64,000 bases of DNA from Minisyncoccota bacterium (GTDB taxonomy: Bacteria > Patescibacteriota > Minisyncoccia > UBA6257 > GWB1-50-10), in NCBI GenBank assembly GCA_041917695.1, contig JAYRXE010000037.1:370582-434581 (forward strand). The letters run 5' to 3'. Below are positions 17,987 through 26,316 of this stretch, piece after piece. Made by a program: the position numbers and the translations under genes. The notes beneath the pieces are model-generated. The model searched no databases, had not been told where the DNA came from, and saw only the letters and a program-made list of their open reading frames with translations. Each line of letters starts with the position of its first letter. Position 1 is the stretch's first letter.

Positions 17987-18997
17987 TCAAAGAAGGGAAA
18001 AATGGAGTCTCTCTATGAACTCTTCTTTATGACTATCCAAATAGACCATATTCCTTATAGAGGGCGGATAGGTGAGATCTGAACGAAAATCGTGCTCCTC
18101 ATAATGCGCTCGTTCCCGCCATACGGAAAACATTTTAAAAAAAACAGCTTCTACTCCTTTGCGCAATTCTTCTTTTTCGAAAGGATATTCTTCAAAGTAT
18201 GCCTTCGCAAAAATAGCCGCTTGCTCAAAACCTTCTTCCGTATACGCATACTCAAAGCAAGAGATATAGAGCGATCGGGCAAATTCATACATTCGCGGCA
18301 TGGGGCCGGACATATCAAGGTCAAAAATGGCAGAGATGCTCATGTTTTCTTTGAAAAACATATTTGAGGGATGATAATCCCCGTGGCCAAGCGTCAATTT
18401 TTCGAATGTGAGCTGCTTGATATCTTCAGCGTGCTTCAAAACCATCTTCTTTTTTAAGGCAAGTCCTTCCTCCGCGATGTGGTCGTATTCCGTTTTAGAA
18501 GCAAGGTGGGAAATTTTCAAAAGAAAGCGGTCGATATCGGCAATCAACTTATCTGGAGAAGGTGAGAGAAAATAAGTAGAAACATCTGCATAAGACCCCT
18601 TAATGCCGTCTTTTGTAAGAAGATGCATCTTTGCAAGCATCTCCCCCATATTTCTCAGAGCATCCCTTGGAGCTTTCCCGAAGTCAAAACTCTGGCCACT
18701 TACAAAGGGATACAGGACATACGCCGCCCCTTCCTGAAACACATGCGATGCGTCGTCTCTTGTCCGAATCGGAGTGAGCACAGGAATGCCGTGGGAGCAA
18801 AAATATTCCTCGACCCTTTTTATGGATTCTATTCTTCCCCCTCCGGATGCCCTGTGCATTTTTAAAAAATAAAAGCCACCAGACGTTTCTATTTTCCAAT
18901 TCTTGCTAGACATCCCAATAGGAATCAGGGAGATCCTCAAAACATCTCCGATATTCCATTCACGAAGAATTTTTATGATTGCGGAGTCAGTCATCAA
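17987..18997 (-). CDS. phosphotransferase-family kinase (APH/homoserine-kinase-II/choline-kinase fold)
   Basis: LGHGDYHPSNMFF is the HGDxxxxN catalytic loop, and FDLDMSG is the D-x-D/E metal site. The substrate cannot be assigned from sequence. Confidence 0.75.
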   Translation of the reverse strand: MMTDSAIIKILREWNIGDVLRISLIPIGMSSKNWKIETSGGFYFLKMHRASGGGRIESIKRVEEYFCSHGIPVLTPIRTRDDASHVFQEGAAYVLYPFVSGQSFDFGKAPRDALRNMGEMLAKMHLLTKDGIKGSYADVSTYFLSPSPDKLIADIDRFLLKISHLASKTEYDHIAEEGLALKKKMVLKHAEDIKQLTFEKLTLGHGDYHPSNMFFKENMSISAIFDLDMSGPMPRMYEFARSLYISCFEYAYTEEGFEQAAIFAKAYFEEYPFEKEELRKGVEAVFFKMFSVWRERAHYEEHDFRSDLTYPPSIRNMVYLDSHKEEFIERLHFSLL

Positions 18998-19457
18998 TCC
19001 CTTTCAAATTATTTTCAAAAATCTTGCAAAAACCGCCAGATTCATCCCTCGTCTCTCGGCGAATTTTCCACCCTCGTTTCCCGAGAAATTTTTCTATCAG
19101 CGGATTATCCGTGCATACTAAAACAATTTTCTCCCCTCTTTTCCTAAGATACTCCATCCGTTTTTCGTAAAACTCACGATAAATGCCTTGCTCGCGGTAT
19201 TCCGGGAGAACCACCGCATCCGCAAGCCACGGCAGGCCATTGTCTATCTCGTCAGGACTTGCCACACGAGTTATTGCCCCAAATCCTGCAAGCTTTTCAC
19301 CTTCAAAACACCCGATGATATATTCGGATTCTTTGAGTTCATCCCACGCGTTCACGGGGTACTCAAGTCCCCAAGAATGCTCATGGATGATGTCCGCACA
19401 CCGTTTTGCAAGCGGATTGGTCGTTTTTATTTTCCGATACTCAAGCCTCGTGTTCAT
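18987..19457 (-). CDS. GNAT family N-acetyltransferase
   Basis: ~156 aa with a GNAT motif A-like region. Overlaps the kinase gene by 11 nt, so an operon is likely. Confidence 0.7.
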   Translation of the reverse strand: MNTRLEYRKIKTTNPLAKRCADIIHEHSWGLEYPVNAWDELKESEYIIGCFEGEKLAGFGAITRVASPDEIDNGLPWLADAVVLPEYREQGIYREFYEKRMEYLRKRGEKIVLVCTDNPLIEKFLGKRGWKIRRETRDESGGFCKIFENNLKGIDD

Positions 19458-19496
19458 AAGATCTTTTTGACCCTGGGGTACATACGCAGCATATTT

Positions 19497-20195
19497 TTAC
19501 CCGTTGTGGTCTGCTGGCAAATCAATATCCTTAATTCTGTTCGCAACGTTCGTCTCATGAATAATCTCTACCCACATCACTTTCGGGGAAGGGAGCGTGA
19601 CAATTTCAAGTCCTGCCCCAAGGATCTTAGAGTGATTATACTGGAGAATAGTATAATCACGAGAAGCTATCATTGAAAGGAAATGGTTGTCTTTTCTAAG
19701 ATAGGCATATCGTTTACCGGCCTTTTCATCCAACTTTTCACCCTTTTCAAAGGTTAAAACACATTTGCGAAGATTGCCTTTCGCGTACCCCTGAACGATA
19801 TCTACATATTTTGAATTTAAAATATCATCGTTATCAATCCTAGATGTAATGAACCACTCATTGTCATATTTGTTTTCAGAGACAAAACTGGCGAAATCAA
19901 AAAATTCGTTATCATCAAAATATAAGTCAATAAACATGTACACCTCCTTCAATGTCCGGATTCTTTCTTTAAAGACTTCAGGGGTCTGCTTGTGGAAAAG
20001 TATTATCCATTGGAAATTCTGGGATGTCTGGCTCTGAAGCGAAGGAATCGTGTATTGCTCAAAAAGACGGAAGCGCTCCGATAAATAATCTGGATCCAAG
20101 ATTAAATCCATTGGATTGCGTTCTGGATCTCTCGGACTACAACCAAATTTTTTCCGTATATTAAATCTGGTTAATACAAAATGTTTATATTCCAT
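19497..20195 (-). CDS. putative glycosyltransferase (rhamnosyltransferase-like family)
   Basis: N-terminal HFVLTRFNIR and ITSRIDNDDIL resemble the Rhamno_transf/GT-A-like family. The assignment is tentative. Confidence 0.4.
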   Translation of the reverse strand: MEYKHFVLTRFNIRKKFGCSPRDPERNPMDLILDPDYLSERFRLFEQYTIPSLQSQTSQNFQWIILFHKQTPEVFKERIRTLKEVYMFIDLYFDDNEFFDFASFVSENKYDNEWFITSRIDNDDILNSKYVDIVQGYAKGNLRKCVLTFEKGEKLDEKAGKRYAYLRKDNHFLSMIASRDYTILQYNHSKILGAGLEIVTLPSPKVMWVEIIHETNVANRIKDIDLPADHNG

Positions 20196-20235
20196 GGTAA
20201 AAATGAAACTTGTTCGAATGCTGGGGTACCCTCTT

Positions 20236-20763
20236 TCATATGCGTGAATGGTTGGTCATATTTTGCCGCCGCAAAAGCTTTAAGGCCATTTTGTGAGAAT
20301 CATCTGAGTAGGTAGATTGAACGCATTCCTCGATAACATACGTGAAAAATCCCGCATCAAAGGCATCAAAGGCCGTAGCGAGCACGCAATCCTCAGTATC
20401 TAATCCTACGATATGCACCTCCCTTATTTTCTTACTTTTCAAAAAAGCGGTCAGCTTCTTATTCCCTTGGAAGGCCGACCTCGTATCCTTTTGAACCTTG
20501 AAGGACTTATAGGGCTTTAGAGCCGTGGCAATGGACTCCACGGTCTCTGTATACCTTCCTTTCGGGCAAATCCATTTCTGCTGTTTTTTCCACAGGGAAC
20601 CCTTTTCGGCGTGAAAATTCACCTCAACATACGCATCGTATTTTACCGAATCTAGAAGTTTTAAAATATTCTTAACGATATAACCATTCCCTCTATTCAA
20701 GAATGAATCTTGTACATCCACGACAATAAGAGCCTTTTTGCGAGAATTTTCGGAAAATTTCAT
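20236..20763 (-). CDS. isochorismatase-family cysteine hydrolase
   Basis: ALIVVDVQ (catalytic Asp), K.., VHIVGLDTEDCVLATAFDAFDAGF (catalytic Cys) form the D-K-C triad arrangement. Confidence 0.8.
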   Translation of the reverse strand: MKFSENSRKKALIVVDVQDSFLNRGNGYIVKNILKLLDSVKYDAYVEVNFHAEKGSLWKKQQKWICPKGRYTETVESIATALKPYKSFKVQKDTRSAFQGNKKLTAFLKSKKIREVHIVGLDTEDCVLATAFDAFDAGFFTYVIEECVQSTYSDDSHKMALKLLRRQNMTNHSRI

Positions 20764-20804
20764 GTTGGCTCTTAATTCTTCATTATCTTACGAGATTGAT
20801 ATGA

Positions 20805-21608
20805 TTATTTCCTATCATCATCAAATAATTCATAGAAGGCAACAACGCTGAAAGGGCCCACAAAGCCCACAAAGAATAACTCTTCCCAGGGTATAGGATT
20901 GAACCCGAAAAAATTGATGGGCGGAAGAAAATAAACCCCAGTAAATACCCATTGGTTGAGAAATGTTGCGGTAATTTCAAAGAAAAAAGTGATGGCGAAA
21001 AAGTACGCTACAAGAGATAATGCTCGACGAAGAAACTGCGGAAAATGCCACAGAAAAATTAACGTGGGAAGAGCGAAGAAAACAGTTCCAAGAATCAAAT
21101 AAGTGTATGGCCCCTCCCACACAAAAAGATGCTTCCCACCTGATGCAAGAATCAAGAAAAAGGCGCTTAATACGAATAATGCAATAGAAATGAAATACCA
21201 GAGGCGCTTATCCGCCAATTCACGCTTCCCTTTATCGAGCATGATTTCATAGCCGACAACGAGCGTGAAGACGCCGCTCGCCATCCAGAAAAAATCCTCG
21301 ATGGGAATAACTCCGAGAAACCTCGATGGAAAAAGGCTATACGGCACATACCATACGCCGCTTGTGGTACCGATATAATCGATGATAATGGCAAAAGGTA
21401 ATGAAATGATGAACGTAAAGATTGCTCCTTTCGCTACTTGCCACAGCCGTCCAAAACGGAGGATTAAATAAATTCCTGGGAGGCTATAAAACAGGAAAAT
21501 AGAAAGAATATACGGGGCGTGAAATACAAGGGACACTAAGGAGCTTAAGAAAGGTAAAAGCGCCAACACGAAAAAATCGTATACGCTTAGACGCTTCAAA
21601 ATCTCCAT
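20805..21608 (-). CDS. integral membrane protein, hypothetical
   Basis: 7-8 TM helices, aromatic-rich; no confident family. Confidence 0.45.
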   Translation of the reverse strand: MEILKRLSVYDFFVLALLPFLSSLVSLVFHAPYILSIFLFYSLPGIYLILRFGRLWQVAKGAIFTFIISLPFAIIIDYIGTTSGVWYVPYSLFPSRFLGVIPIEDFFWMASGVFTLVVGYEIMLDKGKRELADKRLWYFISIALFVLSAFFLILASGGKHLFVWEGPYTYLILGTVFFALPTLIFLWHFPQFLRRALSLVAYFFAITFFFEITATFLNQWVFTGVYFLPPINFFGFNPIPWEELFFVGFVGPFSVVAFYELFDDDRK

Positions 21609-21680
21609 GCCTTTATTCTATGAGTAAAAGAAAATGGAGGAAAGCGACCCTCCTCGGGCGCGAGAACTCAGCTCGACTTG

Positions 21681-21695
21681 GCTGGGGAGCAGGGA
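21681..21695. repeat. 15-bp duplicate of tRNA-Gln 3' end (gctggggagcaggga)
   Basis: Identical to 21846-21860, which is the 3' acceptor/T-stem of the tRNA. It is followed by an 82-bp unrelated insert and then ttcgaatcccc, a diverged T-loop-like segment. Confidence 0.7.
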
Positions 21696-21846
21696 AATCT
21701 TACGTCGCTTCGCTCCCTGAAACCCAGCGGTTTCAGGGCATCCGCTACGGGAAAACTCCCGTTTCCCCGACCCCCTTCCCGTTCGAATCCCCTCTATTCC
21801 ACATCAAAGCAGAAACACCGGCATAAAGCTGGCGTTTCTGTTTTTG

Positions 21847-21917
21847 CTGGGGAGCAGGGATTCGAACCCCAATACTCGCCTCCAAAGGGCGATGTCCTAC
21901 CATTAGACGACTCCCCA
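21847..21917 (-). tRNA. tRNA-Gln (anticodon TTG)
   Basis: Reverse complement folds as a cloverleaf: acceptor TGGGGAG/CTCCCCA (7 bp), D-arm GTCT-AATGGTA-GGAC, anticodon arm TCGCC-CTTTGGA-GGCGA (U33, anticodon UUG), T-arm with TTCGAAT loop, discriminator G. CCA is not encoded. Confidence 0.7.
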
Positions 21918-21987
21918 ATTAATCTAAATGTAATAAACTTTTTTCTCTAAAACTGGGGGAAAATTAGACCTGCCTGCGCAGGCAAGC

Positions 21988-22000
21988 GACTCCCCAATTA
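21988..22000. repeat. 13-bp duplicate of tRNA-Gln 5' end (gactccccaatta) within a GC hairpin
   Basis: Identical to 21909-21921. Embedded in ggggg-aaaattagacctgcctgcgcaggcaagcgac-tcccc, a minihelix-like hairpin. Confidence 0.65.
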
Positions 22001-22033
22001 CGTCTGTAATTGTACCCTCCGCTTCCGGTTTCG

Positions 22034-22062
22034 CAAATAAAAAGCCCCACTATGGGGGCTTT
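22034..22062 (-). terminator. rho-independent terminator (minus strand) downstream of peptide ORF
   Basis: Minus strand: aaagcccc-catagt-ggggcttt followed by ttatttgcg. Also hairpin plus T-run on the + strand. Confidence 0.7.
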
Positions 22063-22082
22063 GATTTTTACCTGTATGACGG

Positions 22083-22223
22083 TTACTTCCTCTTGTAACA
22101 GTTGTCGCACGGCTGTGAGAAACAGCTGTCACCCTCTTCGCACTGAGCGCCAACCATCGGATTAACCTTCAGGTCGCTCTTTGCGTTCGAGTCTTTCACT
22201 ATGGAGAGAATCTCGGGTTTCAA
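22083..22223 (-). CDS. Cys-rich precursor-like peptide (46 aa) downstream of radical-SAM/SPASM gene
   Basis: aaaggaggtga RBS 8 nt before TTG. Own translation: (M)KPEILSIVKDSNAKSDLKVNPMVGAQCEEGDSCFSQPCDNCYKRK, with 4 Cys in the C-terminal 15 residues. It lies 33 nt after the maturase stop. Below the ORF-track cutoff. Confidence 0.5.
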   Translation of the reverse strand: MKPEILSIVKDSNAKSDLKVNPMVGAQCEEGDSCFSQPCDNCYKRK

Positions 22224-22256
22224 TGAAATCACCTCCTTTCTTTTCCGTATTGGTGA

Positions 22257-23558
22257 TTAAAGCGCTGATTCAACAATACCCCTTTGGGATAAAATCCGCA
22301 AAAAGGCCTCTGCGTCTTCCCGCTCTATGGGAAATGCCTGTGCCATCGTATCGGTGCTGAATGTTTTCTCATCCATCATGTATTGCACCAGACGCATCGC
22401 ATCATTATTCAGAAGCGCGGATCCGCCAGAGACGAATACCACTCCCCCAAATTCTTCATCGCGCACGCGAACGCCGTTCGCAAGCTTGAATTCGCCAGGC
22501 GGCGTATCAGCATTTCTCGCTATCTTCTGCGGCAAGACGATGTCATAGGGACCACTCATGAAAGGGTCATTTCCATGGATATCTCCCAGATATTTCGCTT
22601 CCATTCTGCACCCGGCGCTGCACATCTCTATGTAATCACATGCATCGCAAGCGGGCGGAATATATACGCCCGCGCGCCAGTCTTCCATACTCTCCCATGC
22701 CTTTAAGAGACCATCCTGAAACACGTTGCCGTATACCATATCGGCGCGGGAACAGGGACGGACATCCCCATTAGAACCGATGGTGCAGCTCGTAACGCCG
22801 GCACCGCAGTTCCTGCGTGCAAAGACATGATACTTGCCCACATCGCCAATCAAGCAGAGCGGATAGCATTCCAACACATCAACGGCAATTCCCAATTCTT
22901 TCTGAATGTCCGTAAGCATCGCCATGCTTTTGCGCACCTCTTCTACGGTTAGAATCTCCTTATCAAAGTTGCGGCTATTCAGCGCCGGCGAAGCTTTCGT
23001 TGCGCAAAATCCATCAATGCCGTGCTTTACAAGCACTTCTGCCGTTTCCCTAAGATACGAGAAATTGCGCTTGCTGAGCACCATATTCGTACTCACCAAA
23101 AAACCAGCATGGACAGCAATGTCGATTCCTCTCATGGTACGCGCCCATGCGCCCTTTCGCCCCGCAATTTCATCATGCACCGCTTCGTTTCCGCATAAGA
23201 CAGAAACAAGCATTTTCCTCAATCCTGCATTCCATAAGGCCTGCGCGATCGGTTCGGTAAGGAGCGCCACATTCGAGTTGAGGCCTACTTCGATTCCCGC
23301 CTTATCCAATTCAGCGATGGCAGGAGGAAGCATAGACCAGTAAATAAGGGGTTCGCCGCCGGTAATGGTAACCGATGAAACCTGGAGCGAAATAAGATCG
23401 CGTACGATTTGCATCAGCTCGTCTTCCGTAAGGCGCGAGAGGACTTTCGGCCCGCTCTTTTCCCGCCAGTGGTTATAGCAATGGAAACAATCCATATTGC
23501 AGGCTTCGGTGATTTCCACCTGGACCGACAAGGGGCCCTTTAACTTCCGGTACTTCAT
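22257..23558 (-). CDS. radical SAM / SPASM-domain peptide-modifying enzyme
   Basis: EITEACNMDCFHCYN is the CxxxCxxC radical-SAM cluster motif. GGEPL SAM-binding segment. C-terminal CGAGVTSC...PACDACDYIEMCSAGC is the SPASM auxiliary-cluster pattern. Confidence 0.85.
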   Translation of the reverse strand: MKYRKLKGPLSVQVEITEACNMDCFHCYNHWREKSGPKVLSRLTEDELMQIVRDLISLQVSSVTITGGEPLIYWSMLPPAIAELDKAGIEVGLNSNVALLTEPIAQALWNAGLRKMLVSVLCGNEAVHDEIAGRKGAWARTMRGIDIAVHAGFLVSTNMVLSKRNFSYLRETAEVLVKHGIDGFCATKASPALNSRNFDKEILTVEEVRKSMAMLTDIQKELGIAVDVLECYPLCLIGDVGKYHVFARRNCGAGVTSCTIGSNGDVRPCSRADMVYGNVFQDGLLKAWESMEDWRAGVYIPPACDACDYIEMCSAGCRMEAKYLGDIHGNDPFMSGPYDIVLPQKIARNADTPPGEFKLANGVRVRDEEFGGVVFVSGGSALLNNDAMRLVQYMMDEKTFSTDTMAQAFPIEREDAEAFLRILSQRGIVESAL

Positions 23559-23673
23559 AAAAACCTCCGTATTAAATTAGTAGTTTACTGCCCATACCAT
23601 ACAAATATTTCAGAATCCCGTCAATCATCCCCTTCCCAAATAAAAATAGCAGATCCGTATCGGCATCTGCTAT

Positions 23674-26316
23674 TTATTGTTTTTCATATATCCCTTCGTT
23701 TATCCACCATTCATTTATGTCTTTGTACGCGATAAGCCGCGGATACTCCTCCACAAAATCGGGCGGCATTTTAAAACGCACCCGTTCCGTGAACTGCATC
23801 TCGTCCAGCCATTTGAGGGTCTTTTGCTTCGCAAATTTTCCCCCCGCATCTACGTCAAAGCCAATGCATACGTTTTCACGAACGCTCAATGCATGCTGGA
23901 GGGCAAGATAGTTAAACGTGCCTCCAAATGCTCCTGTGTCCGTGTGTTCAAGCTGAATCATCGTTAGGGCGTCTATAACCGCTTCCATAAGGTTAAAGTC
24001 CTTATAGCGAGGTCCTGTAGCCAATGCATCAGCATTCCACATGCCTTGCGGCACGCCGCTTAAGTGAACTAAGGTCTTGCGGTGCCGCATTTCCTTAGGA
24101 CAGTTTTTCCGCACATCACGCCCGTAAAAGCTCGTGATCCTTCCCCCGCTAAATCCGAGAGGGAAAACCAACTTGTTTCGCAAGACGAGATACGGCAAAC
24201 CATCTTTGGTAGCCACATCGCTCAAAGACTTCCCACGCCGTTTTAGAAGCGGGAAAAGCCCTTGGGTTTCACGCAAACTCCCATTGAAATTCACCAAACC
24301 GTAATGCACCAATTCATCGAACTCAAAAAGATCCAATAATGTTTCAATCGCATCATTGCTGCAGAATCCTGCTCCGTATGCGCGCGCCAGTTCTGGATCA
24401 AGCCGCCGTTCGTTTTCGAGATATTCCTTTCCCGGACTATCCTTGAAGAAAACTTGGAAGACTTGTTGCATCAGCGTCATCGCTTTCACATGAAAAGCCG
24501 GGATTTTTTCCAAGCTTTCAAGGGAATTGATGCGTTGCCTTCGCAAAACATCTATGCGCACCTCAGGGGGCATGGATTCATATGCAAAGGGCATCCACGT
24601 ATCGCACACATAGCACCGAGCATAGCCACGCCTCATGAAAAGCATCATGGAGGGGTTTTTATCCTCATGCCACGGCAGGACGCACTGGATGAAACCGCCG
24701 CGCTCCATACTGAAATGGCGTGTCCGTATATCCCCTTCTTCCAAGGCATGGAAGAACGCATCGAGATGGAAACGGTACGGCGAGTGCCGTCCGCTTGCCG
24801 TTTCGACCCGTACTTTCTCAACGATTTTTGCTTCATCAAGAAAGATCCGCTGGGACTTGATAACTTCCGCTATCTCATCATGCGGATGCAACGAGGTTGA
24901 TTGGACATCAATCAGCGTTTCATTAACACAGAGGGAACCATTCTGGCCGTTCTGCTTCCCATTTTTCCCATTCTTCCCTTTTTTGAGATGGATGAGTTCC
25001 TGGATGGCATTGCTGATGGCATTTCCCCGATCGCGAATCAAGGCTTTGGTCTGACTGTAGCCGTAGCGGCTTCCAATCGTCTCCATAAATACCTCGTGCT
25101 GTTCAGGGCCATCGACGTGAATGCGGTATTCAACCGGGGCAATACTGGGGAAAAAATACACCAGTTTCGCATCAGTGAATTTCACGTTTCCGTTCCAGAT
25201 GTCTTTCTGCTTATGCATGAGCGCATAATCCAGGTTTGCGAGAGCGATGTACTTCTTGAGCTGCACCTTATGCTCCGCAATAGGCTCTCCATTGATTTCA
25301 GTCGGCAGGATCACATGACGCGCATGCAAGCCATCACCCGTTGCAAATTTGAATTCATAGAATTCAACGTCAACGCGGGCTCCATGAAAAATCCTTTCCA
25401 GTTCGGAAAGAACCTGATTCAAGGAGTGAAACGTCATCTTTTGGAGGCTATTTACCTGGAGACGCTGTTTTTCCGTAGGAGTTTTACCCCCTATGGCAGT
25501 CACTAAAATCAAATCCATACGCCATCCTCCCAACCCATAGTGGTATGAAAGAATGGGTATCTCCCTCAGACCGCCATGGAGGCCGATCTTTTGGACGTAT
25601 GAAATGATCGTCGCAAGCGTCATCACCGTCAGGGTGAGATAGTACTGGAAATCAGAATGGTGTTGCTTCCGCTCCAGAAGGGCGCGGCCCGATTCGCCAA
25701 TAAGCGGCATGAGAAGCTTAAAGAGTGCACGGAATTTATTCCTATCCAGTTTCAGATAGTTTCTTTCCCAGTTCTTCCTTCCCAGCTGGCGAGCGAGAAA
25801 CTTCCATTTCTTTTTCACCTGTCGTGCAAAATCACGGGTAATACGGGGAATAGAGACAAAGCCTGATTCGAAAAGTGGCTGAGGAGCCGGAAATAGCGAT
25901 AGCTCCTCACACGTTTTTTGCTTATCTCCAACCTGACCGGTGAGTATCCTCTGGGCAGCAGCGTGTAAAAACACCCCGAACCCTCGAATATACTCCTCGT
26001 TATTCCCTGATTCTTCTTCAAACTGCCTGCGCAATGAAGCAAGTGAACGAGTATATCGGCCATCTTTCATATCAACCGACGTGATTCTTTGCTTTTCCGC
26101 GGGAGGGTGCGCTTTATGAATCTCATAGAGCTTCCCTACCGCTTCTTCGAGGCTTCGAGCAATCCGGCACTGGACCAAGATTCGCGCGAAACCCATCACA
26201 TCCGCTGGTGCGCGTTCGATCCATACCTTGAAGGCATGGTCGTCCTTATAGCGCTCAGTAAGCGCTAGAAGATCACCATAGGGAGTGAGCGTTGCATTGT
26301 TGAATAATGAGCTCAT
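23674..26316 (-). CDS. 880-aa fusion: unknown ~540-aa N-terminal region + DnaG-type primase core (CHC2 zinc finger + TOPRIM), no C-terminal helicase-binding domain
   Basis: CVLPWHEDKNPSMMLFMRRGYARCYVCDTW is a CHC2 primase zinc finger. LMEAVIDAL (TOPRIM Glu) and CIGFDVDAGGKFA (TOPRIM DxD) lie ~260 aa downstream, the same spacing as DnaG. Low-complexity linker KGKNGKNGKQNGQNG. The N-terminal 540 aa has no motif I can assign. Confidence 0.7.
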   Translation of the reverse strand: MSSLFNNATLTPYGDLLALTERYKDDHAFKVWIERAPADVMGFARILVQCRIARSLEEAVGKLYEIHKAHPPAEKQRITSVDMKDGRYTRSLASLRRQFEEESGNNEEYIRGFGVFLHAAAQRILTGQVGDKQKTCEELSLFPAPQPLFESGFVSIPRITRDFARQVKKKWKFLARQLGRKNWERNYLKLDRNKFRALFKLLMPLIGESGRALLERKQHHSDFQYYLTLTVMTLATIISYVQKIGLHGGLREIPILSYHYGLGGWRMDLILVTAIGGKTPTEKQRLQVNSLQKMTFHSLNQVLSELERIFHGARVDVEFYEFKFATGDGLHARHVILPTEINGEPIAEHKVQLKKYIALANLDYALMHKQKDIWNGNVKFTDAKLVYFFPSIAPVEYRIHVDGPEQHEVFMETIGSRYGYSQTKALIRDRGNAISNAIQELIHLKKGKNGKNGKQNGQNGSLCVNETLIDVQSTSLHPHDEIAEVIKSQRIFLDEAKIVEKVRVETASGRHSPYRFHLDAFFHALEEGDIRTRHFSMERGGFIQCVLPWHEDKNPSMMLFMRRGYARCYVCDTWMPFAYESMPPEVRIDVLRRQRINSLESLEKIPAFHVKAMTLMQQVFQVFFKDSPGKEYLENERRLDPELARAYGAGFCSNDAIETLLDLFEFDELVHYGLVNFNGSLRETQGLFPLLKRRGKSLSDVATKDGLPYLVLRNKLVFPLGFSGGRITSFYGRDVRKNCPKEMRHRKTLVHLSGVPQGMWNADALATGPRYKDFNLMEAVIDALTMIQLEHTDTGAFGGTFNYLALQHALSVRENVCIGFDVDAGGKFAKQKTLKWLDEMQFTERVRFKMPPDFVEEYPRLIAYKDINEWWINEGIYEKQ

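Noticed and set aside
21679-21800. Possible second tRNA or intron-containing tRNA at the first tRNA-Gln 3'-end repeat
   Set aside because: There is no matching 5' acceptor strand, and the T-loop-like ttcgaatcccc lacks a complementary T-stem. It was interpreted as a partial duplication with an 82-bp insert rather than a gene.
24454-25506. Plus-strand ORFs 24454-24900, 24635-25054, 24901-25506
   Set aside because: They are antisense to the 880-aa primase-fusion gene, which has coherent motifs. No RBS or motifs.
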